The translations under genes were made by a program, and so were the position numbers. The notes beneath the pieces were generated by a model. It worked only from the letters and a program-made list of their open reading frames with translations, had not been told where the DNA came from and made no database searches. DNA of 64,000 nt, taken from Amoebidium appalachense. Lineage: Eukaryota; Protista; Ichthyosporea. Shown here one piece after another: positions 12,439-26,615 of this stretch. Numbering within the stretch: the stretch's first letter is position 1; every line of letters starts with the position of its first letter. The stretch spans positions 6,259,962-6,323,961 of the forward strand of contig CAVNZM010000007.1 of assembly GCA_963693365.1 (NCBI GenBank), in the 5' to 3' direction.

Positions 12439-13022
12439 ATGATTAGGGTTACATTATGACGGTGCAGTTCGAATGATTAGATATTAGTGCTTAGGTAATG
12501 GGCCGTGATATTACTAATATGGCGAGTCGCTCTGGTGATGATAGCGATGGCAAAACGATGGCAATGCATATAGATGCGTGGTGTGAGATATATGCATTTT
12601 CATGTACATAGGTACGTGATGATCTGATGATAAGCTAGATGATGAGTGTAATGAGTTCCCCGAAATAGTATTACGAGTTTTCAATTCTTCATAGTTAAAA
12701 TTTTAGTCCCACGAGTTCGACAAAGCAGTTAAAATAAACTGTTGACACCATTCTCGATTGTCCCTGTTACATACAGTCCTAACTCTCAGTGTCACACAAA
12801 TGTAAAAGTAGGTTATGACCAGGCTTATAATGCCTCCCCTCAACCTTCCCCCTTTTTTTAAAACTTTAAGTCAAGCCTGTTTCCGTTTGTTTGGGTGCGG
12901 ATTCACGTCATCATGGCAAATATTTGAATTCTTAAATTGTCTGGCAGTTTGGGTGTGATTGTTCCTTGGTCACATGGGTGAACACCGTATGCATGCAAGC
13001 CACCCGTACGGCCACGCATGTA

Positions 13023-13368
13023 GGGTCCAACCACATTGGCAGGGTTAACTTGCAAAAAGCAGAATTATTCTCTTAAAAGCATAATCACTCTGCTTTTAGG
13101 AATATTTTAGCTTTTAGCAGAATCATTCTGCACAAAGCAGCATATTTCTGCTTTCAACAGCAGAATAATTCTGCTTATAGCAGAATAATATTGATTCTGC
13201 TTTTAGCAGATTGATTGCTGTTTGCAGAATATTTCTGCATATGATTCTGCTTTGCAGAATACTAGAATTCTGCTTTTGCTGAATAATTCTGCGTTTAGCA
13301 GAACAATCCTGCTTTTTGCAGAATGATTCTGCTCGGAACAAGTTGACTCAGCTGATGTGGTGGGGCCC
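13023..13368. mobile_element. Probable MITE (~346 bp) with ~30-bp imperfect TIRs and internal GCAGAAT/ATTCTGC arrays
   Basis: Left end GGGTCCAACCACATTGGCAGGGTTAACTTG; reverse complement of right end GGGCCCCACCACATCAGCTGAGTCAACTTG. No clear target-site duplication (TSD). Confidence 0.6.
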
Positions 13369-13651
13369 CGAGTCTGTGTGTGTATGTGTGGACGATGTGC
13401 GTGTGTGACGACGGCAAGTGTGTGTGTGTGTGTGTGCGCGCACACGCGCGTGGGCATTTGTGTGTGTACCGTGTGTGTGCTTGGAAAGATTCCGGTCTGT
13501 TTTACTTACGCCTAAAGTCATAAATAAATGCGATGGCGAATTTCGACGTCTCGTTTGTCAGATTGATCATGGCAGTTTTCACCCCTTTTCCCTCTCCCCA
13601 TTTAGGGTTCCCTCCGGTCCCCTGGTTTCTCCCTTTCCTCAAGGACACACA

Positions 13652-13762
<111 letters not shown>

Positions 13763-13803
13763 ACGCACACACACACGCACGCACGCACGCACGCACACGC
13801 ACA

Positions 13804-13979
<176 letters not shown>

Positions 13980-14015
13980 CACACGCACACACGCACGCAC
14001 ACGCACACACATGCA

Positions 14016-14116
<101 letters not shown>

Positions 14117-14183
14117 TGACAGGCATACACACACGCACGCACACACACACACACACCTACTCACACACACACACACACACTGT

Positions 14184-14226
<43 letters not shown>

Positions 14227-14247
14227 TGACCGGCACACACACACACA

Positions 14248-14320
<73 letters not shown>

Positions 14321-14467
14321 GCACACATGCGCCGCACATGTGCATACGAATTTCTCTCTCCCTCTCTCTCCCTCTCTCCCTCCCTCCCTCCCCCCGTTCC
14401 CTTTCGCTCTTGCTCTCTTTCTCTTTTATCTCTCTCTCTTTCTCTCTCTTACTCTCTCTCTCTCGGC

Positions 14468-14636
<169 letters not shown>

Positions 14637-15417
14637 CGCCACCCCCCCTTTCTCTTTTGTCTCTCTCTCTCTCTCTCCATCCCCTCCCCCTGATCTCTTA
14701 CGATCTCTCTCTCCTCCCTCAGTCTCTGGGTTGAGGGGGGGGGGGGGGGGGGGTCAGGGAGGGGGGTAGAGTGGGATACGTTGGTGGTATTATCGTGGTT
14801 GCAATTGAAGGAACCAAGCCAGCACATGATCGCCAGACGGAGTATGGAAAGGTCACAATGTGTCTGCAATACCCCCTTCTAGTAGTAAATCACAACAAAC
14901 CCGTAAAGGACGTTTTTACCTTTAAACAACACAAACCTAAGGGGCATCTGCCGCTTTTGCCGTCAAGGGCACCTATCTTAATTGCCACCCAAGAAGGCCC
15001 ATCCTCACCACCACAAATGTGCCGTTTCCTAACATGCTATCATCAGCGTCCTGCAGCGTCCAAAATCCTGCTCTGCCCCCCCCCCCCCCCCCTCCCTCCC
15101 CCCTCCCCCCCTCCCCCCCAAACACACACACACACACACACCCTACTTGACGGGCACGGGATATCGGGAAGAGAGAGGCCCAGAGGTTGTTGGGAGGCCT
15201 TAGGGGTACCGACTGGTACAACGTTGAGGATGATGTGTGTGTGTGTGGGGGGGGGGGGGGGGGGGGGAGGGAGGGGGGGGGGGGGAGGAGGAGGGGGGGG
15301 GGATGGAAGGGAGGGCGGGGAGGAGGAGGGGGGGGGGGGATGGAAGGGAGGGCCGGGGGGGGGGGGGGGGGGGAGGGGGGGAGGGATGGAAGGGAGGGCC
15401 GGGGGTGGGGGGGCCGG

Positions 15418-15460
<43 letters not shown>

Positions 15461-16410
15461 GAGGAGGTTAAGTGCCCAAAGGAAAGAAAAGTTGCGCACT
15501 AATGGTGGTGGTACTTTAAGGGAAAAAGGGATGAGCTGTTTGTTGTCAATATACCTGTTAAGCGTTAGCGATCTATGTATGTAGTGAGTGAGTGTGTGTG
15601 TGGTGGTTGTGGCTGTGGGTTTTGGGGGTTGTGGAGTTCTGTAGTCGAAAAATAGGAAGTTAATTCCGTACACACTCCGGAGGAGAACACAGGGAGTGTG
15701 GTGGGTTTGGGTGTGTGTGTTTTTTTTTTAGGGGGGGAGCGGGGGTGTAACGGGGGCAGGCGGCACAAAATTTCAGTGCAAGGAAAATTTGACAGTATTT
15801 GAAGTCTCAAAAATGTGTGGATGTATGGAGGACATGAACCCCCCCCCCCCCTCTCCCCCCCGCTTTTTTTTTCTTTTTTCCCCTCGATTTTTTCTTTTTC
15901 TTTTTCTTTGGGGTTGGGGGGGGGGGGGGGGGGGGGAGGGGGGGGGGGGGGGGGGGGATATATTAGACAACGGCCGAGCAATCTTGCAGCTGTGTCATAA
16001 GCCTTATTGTGGGTTTTGCATTTTTATTATCTCTCATACAAACACAATTTATCATAAACGTTACAAGTTCAACATTCACAATAGGTGAATTTCACTGTGA
16101 TAACTATTTGTATGCAACACCTATAGGATTAACTGAGGTTTCGGCATTACGAAATGCCAAGTACTATAACACACACACTAAATACTATAAAAAGCCACTA
16201 ATCACTGAGTTGATTAAAAAAAAAAATCACATAACAAAAAAAAAACAACACGAACACCGTCTGTCAGGTAAGGCTCAGTTCTTAGCAACACTAAAAACCA
16301 ACATCATAGTAGTCATTCACTTAATTACATTTTGAACTATTCAAAATCTACGTTCACAAACATGTTTTTTGTAGCTAGATTATACTACGTACGGCTTTAG
16401 TAAAGCCTGC

Positions 16411-16917
16411 TTAAAGCAATTGCTTTGCCACCGAGCGGATGAGGGGTGAGCCGTTCCTAAAGTCGTCGAGGTCCACGGCCCAGAACATGGCGCCCGACAG
16501 GCCCAGGGCGGTCAGGTAGTCGACCTTGACTTTAAGCGTGGCCTCGTTGTCGTAGCCCACCCACAGGCTGTCCTTGGTGCCTACCATCGTGCTGGTGTCC
16601 GTGTTGCCCGTGCACGTCATGCCCTCGCTTTGCTGGGGGGGAAGGTTTGGTCAGCACGCGGTGTAGGCTGGGTCAAAAGTGGGGATCGTTTTAAAGAGGA
16701 ATGTTTTTGTGCCGAAAAACACAGATGTGGTATTCAATGTTATGAAGGGACCAGGGGAAGGAAAAAATTGCTTGCATAAAGAGAGGGCCTACCTTGCACG
16801 TGATCCGAAGGGGAGGGGGGGGGGGGGGGGGGGGGGAAGGGAGGAGCTTTTATTTTTATTTTATTTTTTTTTTTGGTGGTGGTAGGTGGTGGTGGTAGTG
16901 GTGGTGGTGGTGGTGGT

Positions 16918-16951
<34 letters not shown>

Positions 16952-18855
16952 GTTCTTTTTTACGAGCTTGCAGTCTCGGAAAGGGTAAATGTGAGTGGGA
17001 GGAGAAATCTGGAGAAAAAGGAAAGGAGTCGGGGAGTGTGGGGGAGGGGGGGATATATACCATTTTGAGAACTTCGTAGTAGGCCAAGAACCCCGCCTCC
17101 TTGGTGAATGCACCGCTGGGTGCAGGCTTCACAGTTGCTGCGCCAAGCGAAGGTGTGGATGGGCCCTGCAGGGTAAAGGACCGCCCATACGTGGCCATGC
17201 CCAGCACAAGCTGGCTGGCTGGGATCCCCCCATCCAGCCATGCTTGGACCCCCCGCGACACGCTGAATTTCGTACCATCGTAGCTGGCGGGCAGATGCAG
17301 GGCAGTGTGTGTGCCAGTCACATCGTCCCACGAGCCATACAGGTCGTAGGTCATCAGGTTGATGAAGTCCACCGTGGACGCAAGCTGTGTGGTTTCAGCT
17401 GGTTAGGCTTGGAATTTTCCGAGGTCACTTGTGTAAACATCACTTAAATTTTTTATGATGGTTGTTTTCTAAAGTGCAGGCGGGGTGTCCGTTTGTGTGT
17501 GGTCACGATTTATTGTTGTGTGCGCGAGCGTCGGTAGTGGAGCACATGTGGAGGAGGCAACAGTATGGTATTTGGGGGCCCGGGGGAGGGGGGAGGATGG
17601 GGTTGGGACGGGCGTTGTTGGGGGAATGGGGGGGAGGAGGGGAGGATGGCAGCACCAACTGAGAAACATTACGAATTCTGCTGAGCACAAAACAAGCACG
17701 CACCTTTTTCATGTCGTAGCAGCCGGCCACCTTGTTGTGGTTTGCCCACACGGCCGCCGTCAGCAGCAGCCTCTCCTTCTTCCCTCCAGCAGCAAACTCG
17801 TCCCTGAGCGCCTGCATTAGCAGCGCATGGTTGTCACGGTCGGCCTCCGTGGGGTACTCCCAGTCCACGTCCACCCCGTCAAACCCGTGCATGCGGCAGA
17901 ACTTGGCCACGTTGATTGCAAACGTCTTGCGGCTCGACTCGCTGGCTGCAGCAGAGGGGAAGATGCCTTTGGTGGCCTCGTCCGTGCTGAAGTTCCACCC
18001 ACCAAGCCTAGGTTTCAAGAGAGCAATTAATAAATACGAACGACCAATAGTGAGAAGAAATTAAAGAAAACCGAAAACATGTGTGTACCAGGAGCCCTGT
18101 TAACCCTTTATTAGGCTTATTATAAAGATAACTAATAAATACTAGTATTTACGCAATTGCAGGTGTGCAGTCAAATCCCAGAAAAACTTGCTTTGCTTCA
18201 CAAGCGTAGTGTATATTACGGAGCCACTCACACACACGGAACACAATCTGCAGTGAATTTCAAAGACACAGGCAAAAAGGACGAAAAGCCAAGAAATGGG
18301 AAACATTCGGAGAGAAAAACAACAAAGAGAAAAAAAAAAAGAAAAAGAAAAGAGGTTTCCGAATAAGACTTACGAGATAAGTGTCTTGATGGCTGGGTTT
18401 GCCTTACGCAGGACAGCGTTGAAGCGCGCATACATGCCCTGCCCGTTGTCCAGCACGTCATTCCACTCGTACGGCACAACATCAAACGACGGGGTCACCT
18501 TGGCAAACGCAAAAATGGCGTGGGTGAAGAGGGTGCCGTCCATGTTCTCGGGGAAGAACTTGTACGGGTCGGCCCGGTACTGTGCCCAGTTGGTGTAGTA
18601 GCCCACAACACGCCGTCCTGTGCCTTGAATGTGCATGGAAGGGGAAGCTGCAGTGTCCTCGGGCTCTGAAACGACAACGGGTGAAGGGGAAGAGGAAGGA
18701 GCGCCGGGATGGTGGTCTGTTGCTTGTTGAGGAACGCCTTGAGGCAAATGGCGGTGGTGGCCGTGGTGGTGTGGCGCGCCGACGGCAAGTTGAGGGACAA
18801 GCAGAAGTGCACACACAAAGAGTGTGGCTGCAGAGGAAAGAGACCTGGGAATCAT
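16411..18855 (-). CDS. Secreted GH18 chitinase (443 aa), minus-strand paralog, unit 1
   Basis: Exons 18855-18374, 18007-17704, 17384-17061 and 16632-16411, all GT-AG and in phase. Motifs [15 protein letters not shown], catalytic [20 protein letters not shown] and [11 protein letters not shown]. Confidence 0.93.
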
Positions 18856-20330
18856 TTTGAAAAGAAGGTTTGCGCTAAGCTACTGTAAGTGTAGAGTTGT
18901 GACGTGTGTGTTTCTGTTGTGGAATGAAGAGAACTGCGAAGAAATTTGGCTTTTATACCTTCTGGGGGTGAGGTGGATGGCGTTTTGTTGTCGTCTGTGA
19001 ATCCATGGGCCGTGTGAACCGTGCAGGATTTTTATTGAATTCTTTTTGATGCTCTGTGAACCAATGAAAATAGCCATCAAAAGGATCGATCCGATTGGGT
19101 TACCTGAACACTTGCATTTTTCCCAGATTCGAGGAGTCGCCATGGTGCAGGTACAGGCTATATGTGCTGGGACAATAGGTAGTCTAAGTGGGGAAATGGT
19201 AGAAACTTTGTGGCTTTTTTCTTTGTGTATAGAGCCTGAGTCTATTATGGGCCTGTTTCTGGCACTCTTTGGCTAATGAAAGCTCGAGGTTCGTGACGTT
19301 TGAAAAGTTTCGCCGTACGTGTGCGCGTATATATATATGTACGTGACGTTGGCTGCAGCTGTACATGTACGTTTGTTGTGGTGCATTTCCGGCCGGCTTC
19401 AGCAAGCAAAAAGGGTATATACTTGAGTGTATTTAGACTAAAAAAGATGGTTAAAACTTTATTGCTTTCGTTTTTTCTCATAAACCAGTACACTTTGTCA
19501 GCATTGGTGATTTCTCATTTGAACTCCAGCCGAGAATAACCGTAGGCATGTCTTTTCTGTTGATCTTTCCTGCTAGCCAATCAACGAATTGATACCCCTA
19601 CAGCCAATCATCAATTGATGTCCCGCAATGTGTGTAGATGACGCGGAAAGGCTCCTCTCTCTGAGCCCTCAGCTGTGGTCATTTGGGCTCATTTATACAA
19701 GCTGCAAACAGCATTCATAAAGAAGCATTATCCATATACTAATTTCTACATGACATGCCCAAATAATGTGCCTCGTAATATTTTTTAAAATGGAAATAGC
19801 TTGCCAACTGCGATTATCCAGTGCGATGGCGACAGCCTCCCATGTTGTTTACAGTATTTTACCAGGTGCGTACTGATTGGTCATGCGCGCATCAGCGTTC
19901 TGATTGGCTAATCGTTTCAACAGCAGTGTTACAGGTCGCGAACATGTATCGGAAGGAAGTAGGGAAGAACCTCGTTCTCTAAATGTAAATAAAAAAAAAA
20001 TAAAAAAAATAAAACTCCTAAAAACCTCGATATATATGTTGTTTATTATAATCAACGGCTGCTGACCCCAGCTCGAGCCCGATACTCAGGAATTCGGCGT
20101 CTAGAGTTGCCAAAAGCCAAAGGATTCCCAATGGCTCACAGAACACTAGGAAAATCTCATCCCGCACCGTTCACACAGGCTCACAAAGCGTTCTGACGCC
20201 ATCCACTTCGACTTCCGAAGGTATAAAGAGCCCATTTTCTTTACAGTTCTCTCAGTCCAACCCGGAACAAGCACACAGACACAAACACAGATTAAACCCC
20301 TGAAACTAGTTTAGAAAACTTCTTTTCAAA
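18856..20330. promoter_or_regulatory. Divergent promoter region between the chitinases
   Basis: TATAAA in a GAAGGTATAAA context on each strand (18951-18957 minus; 20222-20227 plus). Central CCAAT/ATTGG boxes at ~19577, 19604, 19876 and 19903. Confidence 0.6.
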
Positions 20331-21515
20331 ATGATTCCCAGGCAGTTCTCTCTTTCCCCTGCAGCCACACTGCTTGTGTGTGCACTTCTGCTCTTCCCTC
20401 AACTTGCTGTCGGCGCACCACACCACCACGGCCACCACCGCCATTTGCCTCAAGGCGTCCCTCAACAAGCACCAGAAAACCACCCCGTCGTTCCTTCCTC
20501 TTCTCCTGCATCCGTTGTCGTTTCAGAGGACTCTGCAGACCCCTCTCCCATGCACGTTGAAGGCGCAGGACGGCGTGTTGTGGGCTACTACACCAACTGG
20601 GCACAGTACCGGGCCGACCCGTACAAGTTCTTTCCCGAGAACATGGACGGCACACTCTTTACCCACGCCATTTTTGCGTTCGCCAAGGTGACCCCGTCGT
20701 TTGATGTTGTGCCCTTCGAGTGGAATGACGTGCTGGACAACGGGCAGGGCATGTATGCACGTTTCAACGCTGTCCTGCGCAAGGCAAATCCGGCCATCAA
20801 GACACTTATCTCGTAAGTGTCACTCGTGTTCCCCTTTTTCTTTCTGCAAAGGCTCTGTGTCATTATTTTTCTTTCCTGCTCACCCTCTCTACCATTATAA
20901 ACCGTCCTCCTCTACTGACAGATGTTTCGACTGGACTCTGAGCTGCTCACACATTGTCTACAACACTGACATACAAACGTTTACGAATTACAACCTAACC
21001 GAATTTCTGGGATATTGACTGCTGCAGCCCTAAAGATTAATTTTAAATTTTCCACAGCATTCCATTTGAATATTCCCCCTCTGTCCCATTTGTTTGCTTG
21101 AATGCAGCAAATCGTAGTGGTTTTCTGAACGAAATCTTAACAATTTGTTTTCATAATACCCCAGGCTTGGTGGGTGGAACTTCAGCACAGACGGGGCCAC
21201 CAAAGGCATCTTCCCCGCTGCTGCAGCCAGCGAGTCGAGCCGCAAAACATTTGCAAGCAACGTGGCCAAGTTCTGCCGCACGCACGGGTTTGATGGGGTG
21301 GACGTGGACTGGGAGTACCCCACGGAGGCCGACCGTGACAACCACGCGCTGCTGATGCAGGCGCTCAGGGACGAGTTTGCCGCCGGAGAGAAGAAGGAGA
21401 GTCTGCTGCTGACGGCGGCCGTGTGGGCAAACCACAACAAGGTGGCCGGCTGCTACGACATGAAAAAGGTGGATGCTTGCTTCCTTCTTTGAATTCTTTG
21501 AAATCCGAGCAGCTG

Positions 21516-21569
<54 letters not shown>

Positions 21570-22238
21570 AGAAGGAGAAGAAGTAAGAGGAAGACAACAC
21601 GAAAAGAACTCTGATGCAATAACCGGCAGTAGGAGAACTCAACTGAATCACACGAGAAGTTTATGATTTTTTGGCATATACCTACAATGTACCCATGAGC
21701 CAGAACATGTGGCCATATGAATAGAGCCCCCCCCCCCCCCAATACGTTTAAACTGTTCAACTGATTCTAAAACTGATTGCGTATTTGCTCCACACAGCTT
21801 GCGTCCACGGTGGACTTCATCAACCTGATGACCTACGACCTGTATGGCTCGTGGGACGACGTCACTGGCGCACACACTGCCCTGCATCTGCCCGCCAGCT
21901 ACGACGGTACGAAATTCAGCGTGTCGAGGGGGGTCCAAGCATGGCTGGACGGGGGGATCCCAGCCAGCCAGCTTGTGCTGGGCATGGCCACGTATGGGCG
22001 GTCCTTTACCCTGCAGGGCCCATCCACACCTTCGCTTGGCGCAGCAACTGTGAAGCCTGCACCCAGCGGCGCATTCACCAAAGAGGCGGGGTTCTTGGCC
22101 TACTATGAAATTCTCAAAATGGTATATATCCCCCCCTCCCCCTCACTCCCGGACTCCTTTCCTTTTTCTCCAGATTTCTCCTCCCACTCACGAAATTTAC
22201 CCTTTCCGAGACTGCAAGCCCGTAAAAAAAGAACAACC

Positions 22239-22277
<39 letters not shown>

Positions 22278-22765
22278 ACCACCACCACCACCACCACCAA
22301 CTAAAAAAAAAATAAAAAAAAAAAGCTCCGCCCTCCCCCTCCCCCTCCCCCCCCCCCCCCCCCCCCCCCGGATCACGTGCACCGTAGGCTCTCTCTTTAT
22401 GCAAGCAATTTTTTCCTTTCCCCGGTCCCTTCATAACATTGAATACCACACCTGTGTTTTACGGCACAAAAACATCCCTCTTTAAAACGATCCCCACTTT
22501 TAACCCAACCTACATCGCGTGCTGACCAAACCTTCCCCCCCAGCAAAGCGAGGGCATGACGTGCACGGGCAACACGGACACCAGCACGATGGTGGGCACC
22601 AAGGACAGCCTGTGGGTGGGCTACGACAACGAGGCCACGCTTAAAGTAAAGGTCGACTACCTGACCGCCCTGGGCCTGTCGGGCGCCATGTTCTGGGCTG
22701 TGGACCTCGACGACTTTAAGAACGGCTCACCCCTCATCCGCTCAGTGGCAAAGCAGTTGCTTTAA
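20331..22765 (+). CDS. Secreted GH18 chitinase (443 aa), plus-strand paralog, unit 1
   Basis: Exons 20331-20812, 21165-21468, 21798-22121 and 22544-22765. DxxDxDxE motif intact; intron positions match the inverted paralog. Confidence 0.93.
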
Positions 22766-23221
22766 GCAGTGAATACTATGAGAATTTTTGTAGGGTTGAA
22801 TAAAACAAAAATCTAGTTTAGAGAGCATATAGGTATAGTGTAGTACATAACCAACAGTCTTGCTTGATTATGGATCACAGTAAATGTATTTTTAAGTACA
22901 TGCGATTGGTGTGCGAGTAAAAGATTTATTAGTTTCTCTAATAGTATTGAACTCTGTGAAGGTTTCTTATAAAGTAGCGGGGGTCTGTTGGGAAATTTCT
23001 TTAGACCAAACTATATTTTAATCACGTCTCTGTAATGTAGAACTTAACTGCTACGAGCGACTTTGCATCTGCACGTCAAATTCACGTGCACCCTTGAACT
23101 GTACCTTGCCAATAAGAAAAAACCAAGAAAACTCTGCACAAACCCAACAAAGCTTCCAGATGTCCCGATATCCTCCCCCTTACCCCCCCCCCCCCCCCCC
23201 CTCCCCCCCCCCCAAAATCCC

Positions 23222-23269
<48 letters not shown>

Positions 23270-23693
23270 ACCCTCCCCCCTCTCCCCCCCCCCTCCCCCC
23301 TTCAACCAAAAGAAAGAAAAAGAAGAACGGAGGAAAGACAGACTCAAAGAGAAGAAAACAAATTGAGGGAAAAATTCCTCCCACCTCTTCTCCGTACATC
23401 CTCAACTTGAATGTGCATACCAATGCCTTGCACTTCGGCACCCCTTCAAAATATTTATCCGGTACTTATACCAGTCAGCTCAGAATTCATCCCCCCCCCC
23501 CCCCCCCCCCCCCCCCTCCTCCTCTTCCCCCTTTGATGCCTACATCCAACTGCAACCTTACTGTTTGGTCTACGTTTACTTTCTAAAGGTCTGATCTCAG
23601 AGTATGCCTTTACCCATGCCTTCCTTTGTATTTCCCTTGTCATCTCTGACTCAAATCCACCTAATCCCCCCCCCCCCCCTTCCCCCCCCCCCC

Positions 23694-23729
<36 letters not shown>

Positions 23730-23732
23730 AGG

Positions 23733-23791
<59 letters not shown>

Positions 23792-24127
23792 ACACACAAG
23801 GAGTTAGGTGTCTGTGTATACATCCCTTTTATTTTCTCTTCCTTCCGCACCCAAGACACGGTACTCACCCACCCAACCCCTACTCAAGTCTTAGAGCCCC
23901 CGCTATTTGTGTTGTGCTGCCTAGTGCAATTACACATATACGTCGAGTTTAATATCTTAACCGCCCATATCCTCCCCCCCCCCCCCCCCCCCCACCACCA
24001 CCCCCCCTCCCCCCCCCCCCCCCCCCCCCTTCCCCCCTACCCGTGTCCCTGTTACTACCCATGTCACCAGCACCCACTGGGAAAAAGGCATGAAAAGGCA
24101 ACCATCCCTCCCCCCTCCGCCCCTGTT

Positions 24128-24163
<36 letters not shown>

Positions 24164-24530
24164 CGGTATCCCCCTCACGCCCATGCCTCTTTCTTCTCCG
24201 CCCGCCCGCAGGGGACAAAGAAAACAAGAGGCAAACCCCTTTCGCCTCTAACCACACCTTTCCTAGTTCGAGAAAATCTCTGTTTTTGCTGACCGTTATC
24301 CCCTCCCCTCCCCCCCCCCCCTCCCCCCCCCCCCCCCACCGCCCCCTCTCCCCCCCCCCCCCCCCCCCCCCCCCCCCTTCTCCACCATCGTCCCGACACC
24401 ACCCCCTTTCCCCCACTATGCCCCCCGGATCCTTTTAATGGACTAAACTTCAAAGTCCAGGGTTCTTCTGCGAATATAGGGCAAATCCGAATTCCTAAAT
24501 TTAAAATTTTTAGACCGTGCAACATTGCAA

Positions 24531-24660
24531 CGAGTGTATTTAGGCAGCAAAAAGTGTATTCAGGAAGCAACGAATGTATAGCAGCAAAACGTTTACGCAG
24601 CAAAAAGTGTATTCAGGAAGCAACGAATGTATTCAAGCAGCAAAAAGTGTATTAAGGCAG
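24531..24660 (+). repeat. Remnant of a ~20-bp minisatellite (GTGTATTCAGGCAGCAAAAA)
   Basis: Matches the beginning of the longer array at ~54970-55506. Confidence 0.85.
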
Positions 24661-25139
24661 AAGGTTAGTATTTACCATTCATTCGGATCAAGCGGCTTAT
24701 GCTCCCTCTGTCCATTACTAACCCTTTTGCTTTCATATCTTATCCCGATTTCTTTAACATTGTGAGGGACAAGAGTAAATCATTATGGGCTATGGGGGAA
24801 GGGTGGGAGGGGGGAGCCAGGGAGCGGGGGGAGGGGGAGGGGGGGGAAGGGGGGGGGGGGGGGGGGGAGGGGGAGATGCAATCGCACGGAAGAGGATTGA
24901 ACGGGTGAACCGTTGATCCCCGCTGAGGGGAGACACGGAGAGGGACAAGGGTGGCCCGGAGAGGGAGGTAGGGGGGAGGGGGGGGGGGGGAGGTGGAGGA
25001 GGGAGCGGTATGGTGGTTGCTATGTGTGTGTGCGCGCACGTGTGTGTGTGGCGGGGTGGGGTGGGAGGGACAGGTGGTTTGGGGGGGAGGAGGTAGGTGG
25101 GGAGGGAGGAGGTGGGTGGGTGGGTGGGTGGGTGGGTGT

Positions 25140-25170
<31 letters not shown>

Positions 25171-25474
25171 GGGGGATTTTGTTTGGTGAATGGACTGGCA
25201 CACCATTGGACCAAGACCCCACATTCGCGATCGTGCATCGGTCGATTAGCCTACTATATTATCAAACACGGTCTGACTTGCCGCCAGTGTGGGCAATTGA
25301 TCTTGTATTCTATGATGTCTGCTCATGTACATGTTTAGTATGTTACTGTTATGCGTCTGTTTTTTCTTTTCTTGTTTTTATGATGATTTTATTGTGATAC
25401 TCTTAATTTAGACGAGATATCACAGAAATCTAGTTTTCTCTAATGCAGGCTCAGTAAAAGCCCCCAGCCCCCCT

Positions 25475-25508
<34 letters not shown>

Positions 25509-25986
25509 CGCCCCCGAAAAAAAAAAAAAAAAACTAAACCAAAACAAAATGAAATGAAAAAACACTCACCCGAGAGTGTAAATTGCGACGTGTCCGTTAC
25601 ACAATCAGCATTATATAATACAAGCAAAACGGGCTGGCGTGTATACATACACTGTCCATTATCTGATCTTTGAAACCACCCTTTTGAATGCCTAATGACT
25701 ATAAATACATTTACGGTATTTATGAGTGTATCTCCAACGGGCATACACTTCCACATTCCCTCATCCCATTCAACGTTTCTTTTCTTGTTCACAACACCGT
25801 GGCCACCCCCCCCCCCCCCCCCCTCTCCCCCCCTCCTCCCCCCCCCCTCCCCCCCCTCCCCCCCCCCCCCTCCCCCCCCCCCCCCCCCCCCCCCAAAAAA
25901 ACAAAACAAAAAAAACAAAAAACTTTCCTTTGCCTTCTAATTAATCATATGTAATTCGGACGGCTGTATTATTATTATTATTAATA

Positions 25987-26542
25987 TTATCTCCTTAAGC
26001 TTGAAGCTGTGTTCCGGTCTGCAAGGGATACGGTTGTGTTTGTGGTTGCACCCGGGGCATTAGGCATGAGGGGGATGGCCCCCTGCTGATGGATAATGAT
26101 GACGTCATCAAAGAGTCCCTGTGATGGGCGTCCTGTTTGGGTGGGGGGGGGGGGGGGGGGGGGGGAGGGGAGGAGGAGGAGGAGGGGAAGGGGGTGGGGG
26201 AGGGGGGGAAGGTGGGGGCAGGGGGGGGGGGGGAGGAAGTGAGCGAGTGTGTTGAGTGAGTGAATGACTGTGTGAATGAGTGAGTGAAAGGATGTGTGTG
26301 TGTGTACGTGTGTATATGCGCGTTCGTGTCGTTTGCATGTATGTGTCACGTGTGCGCACGTGTGTGTGTGTGTCGCCCGTTCAGACCAAAATAGGTTCAG
26401 ATCTCTGTTGGGGGGGGGGGGGGGGGGTAGAGTGGGAGGAGAACGAAGGTGAGGAAAGACCCACAACTCATCGGTTCTTTGCTCCACACGAAGCCACAAC
26501 GAACATTTTCCTGTGCGGCTGTGTGTGTGTGTGAGTGTGCTC

Positions 26543-26615
<73 letters not shown>

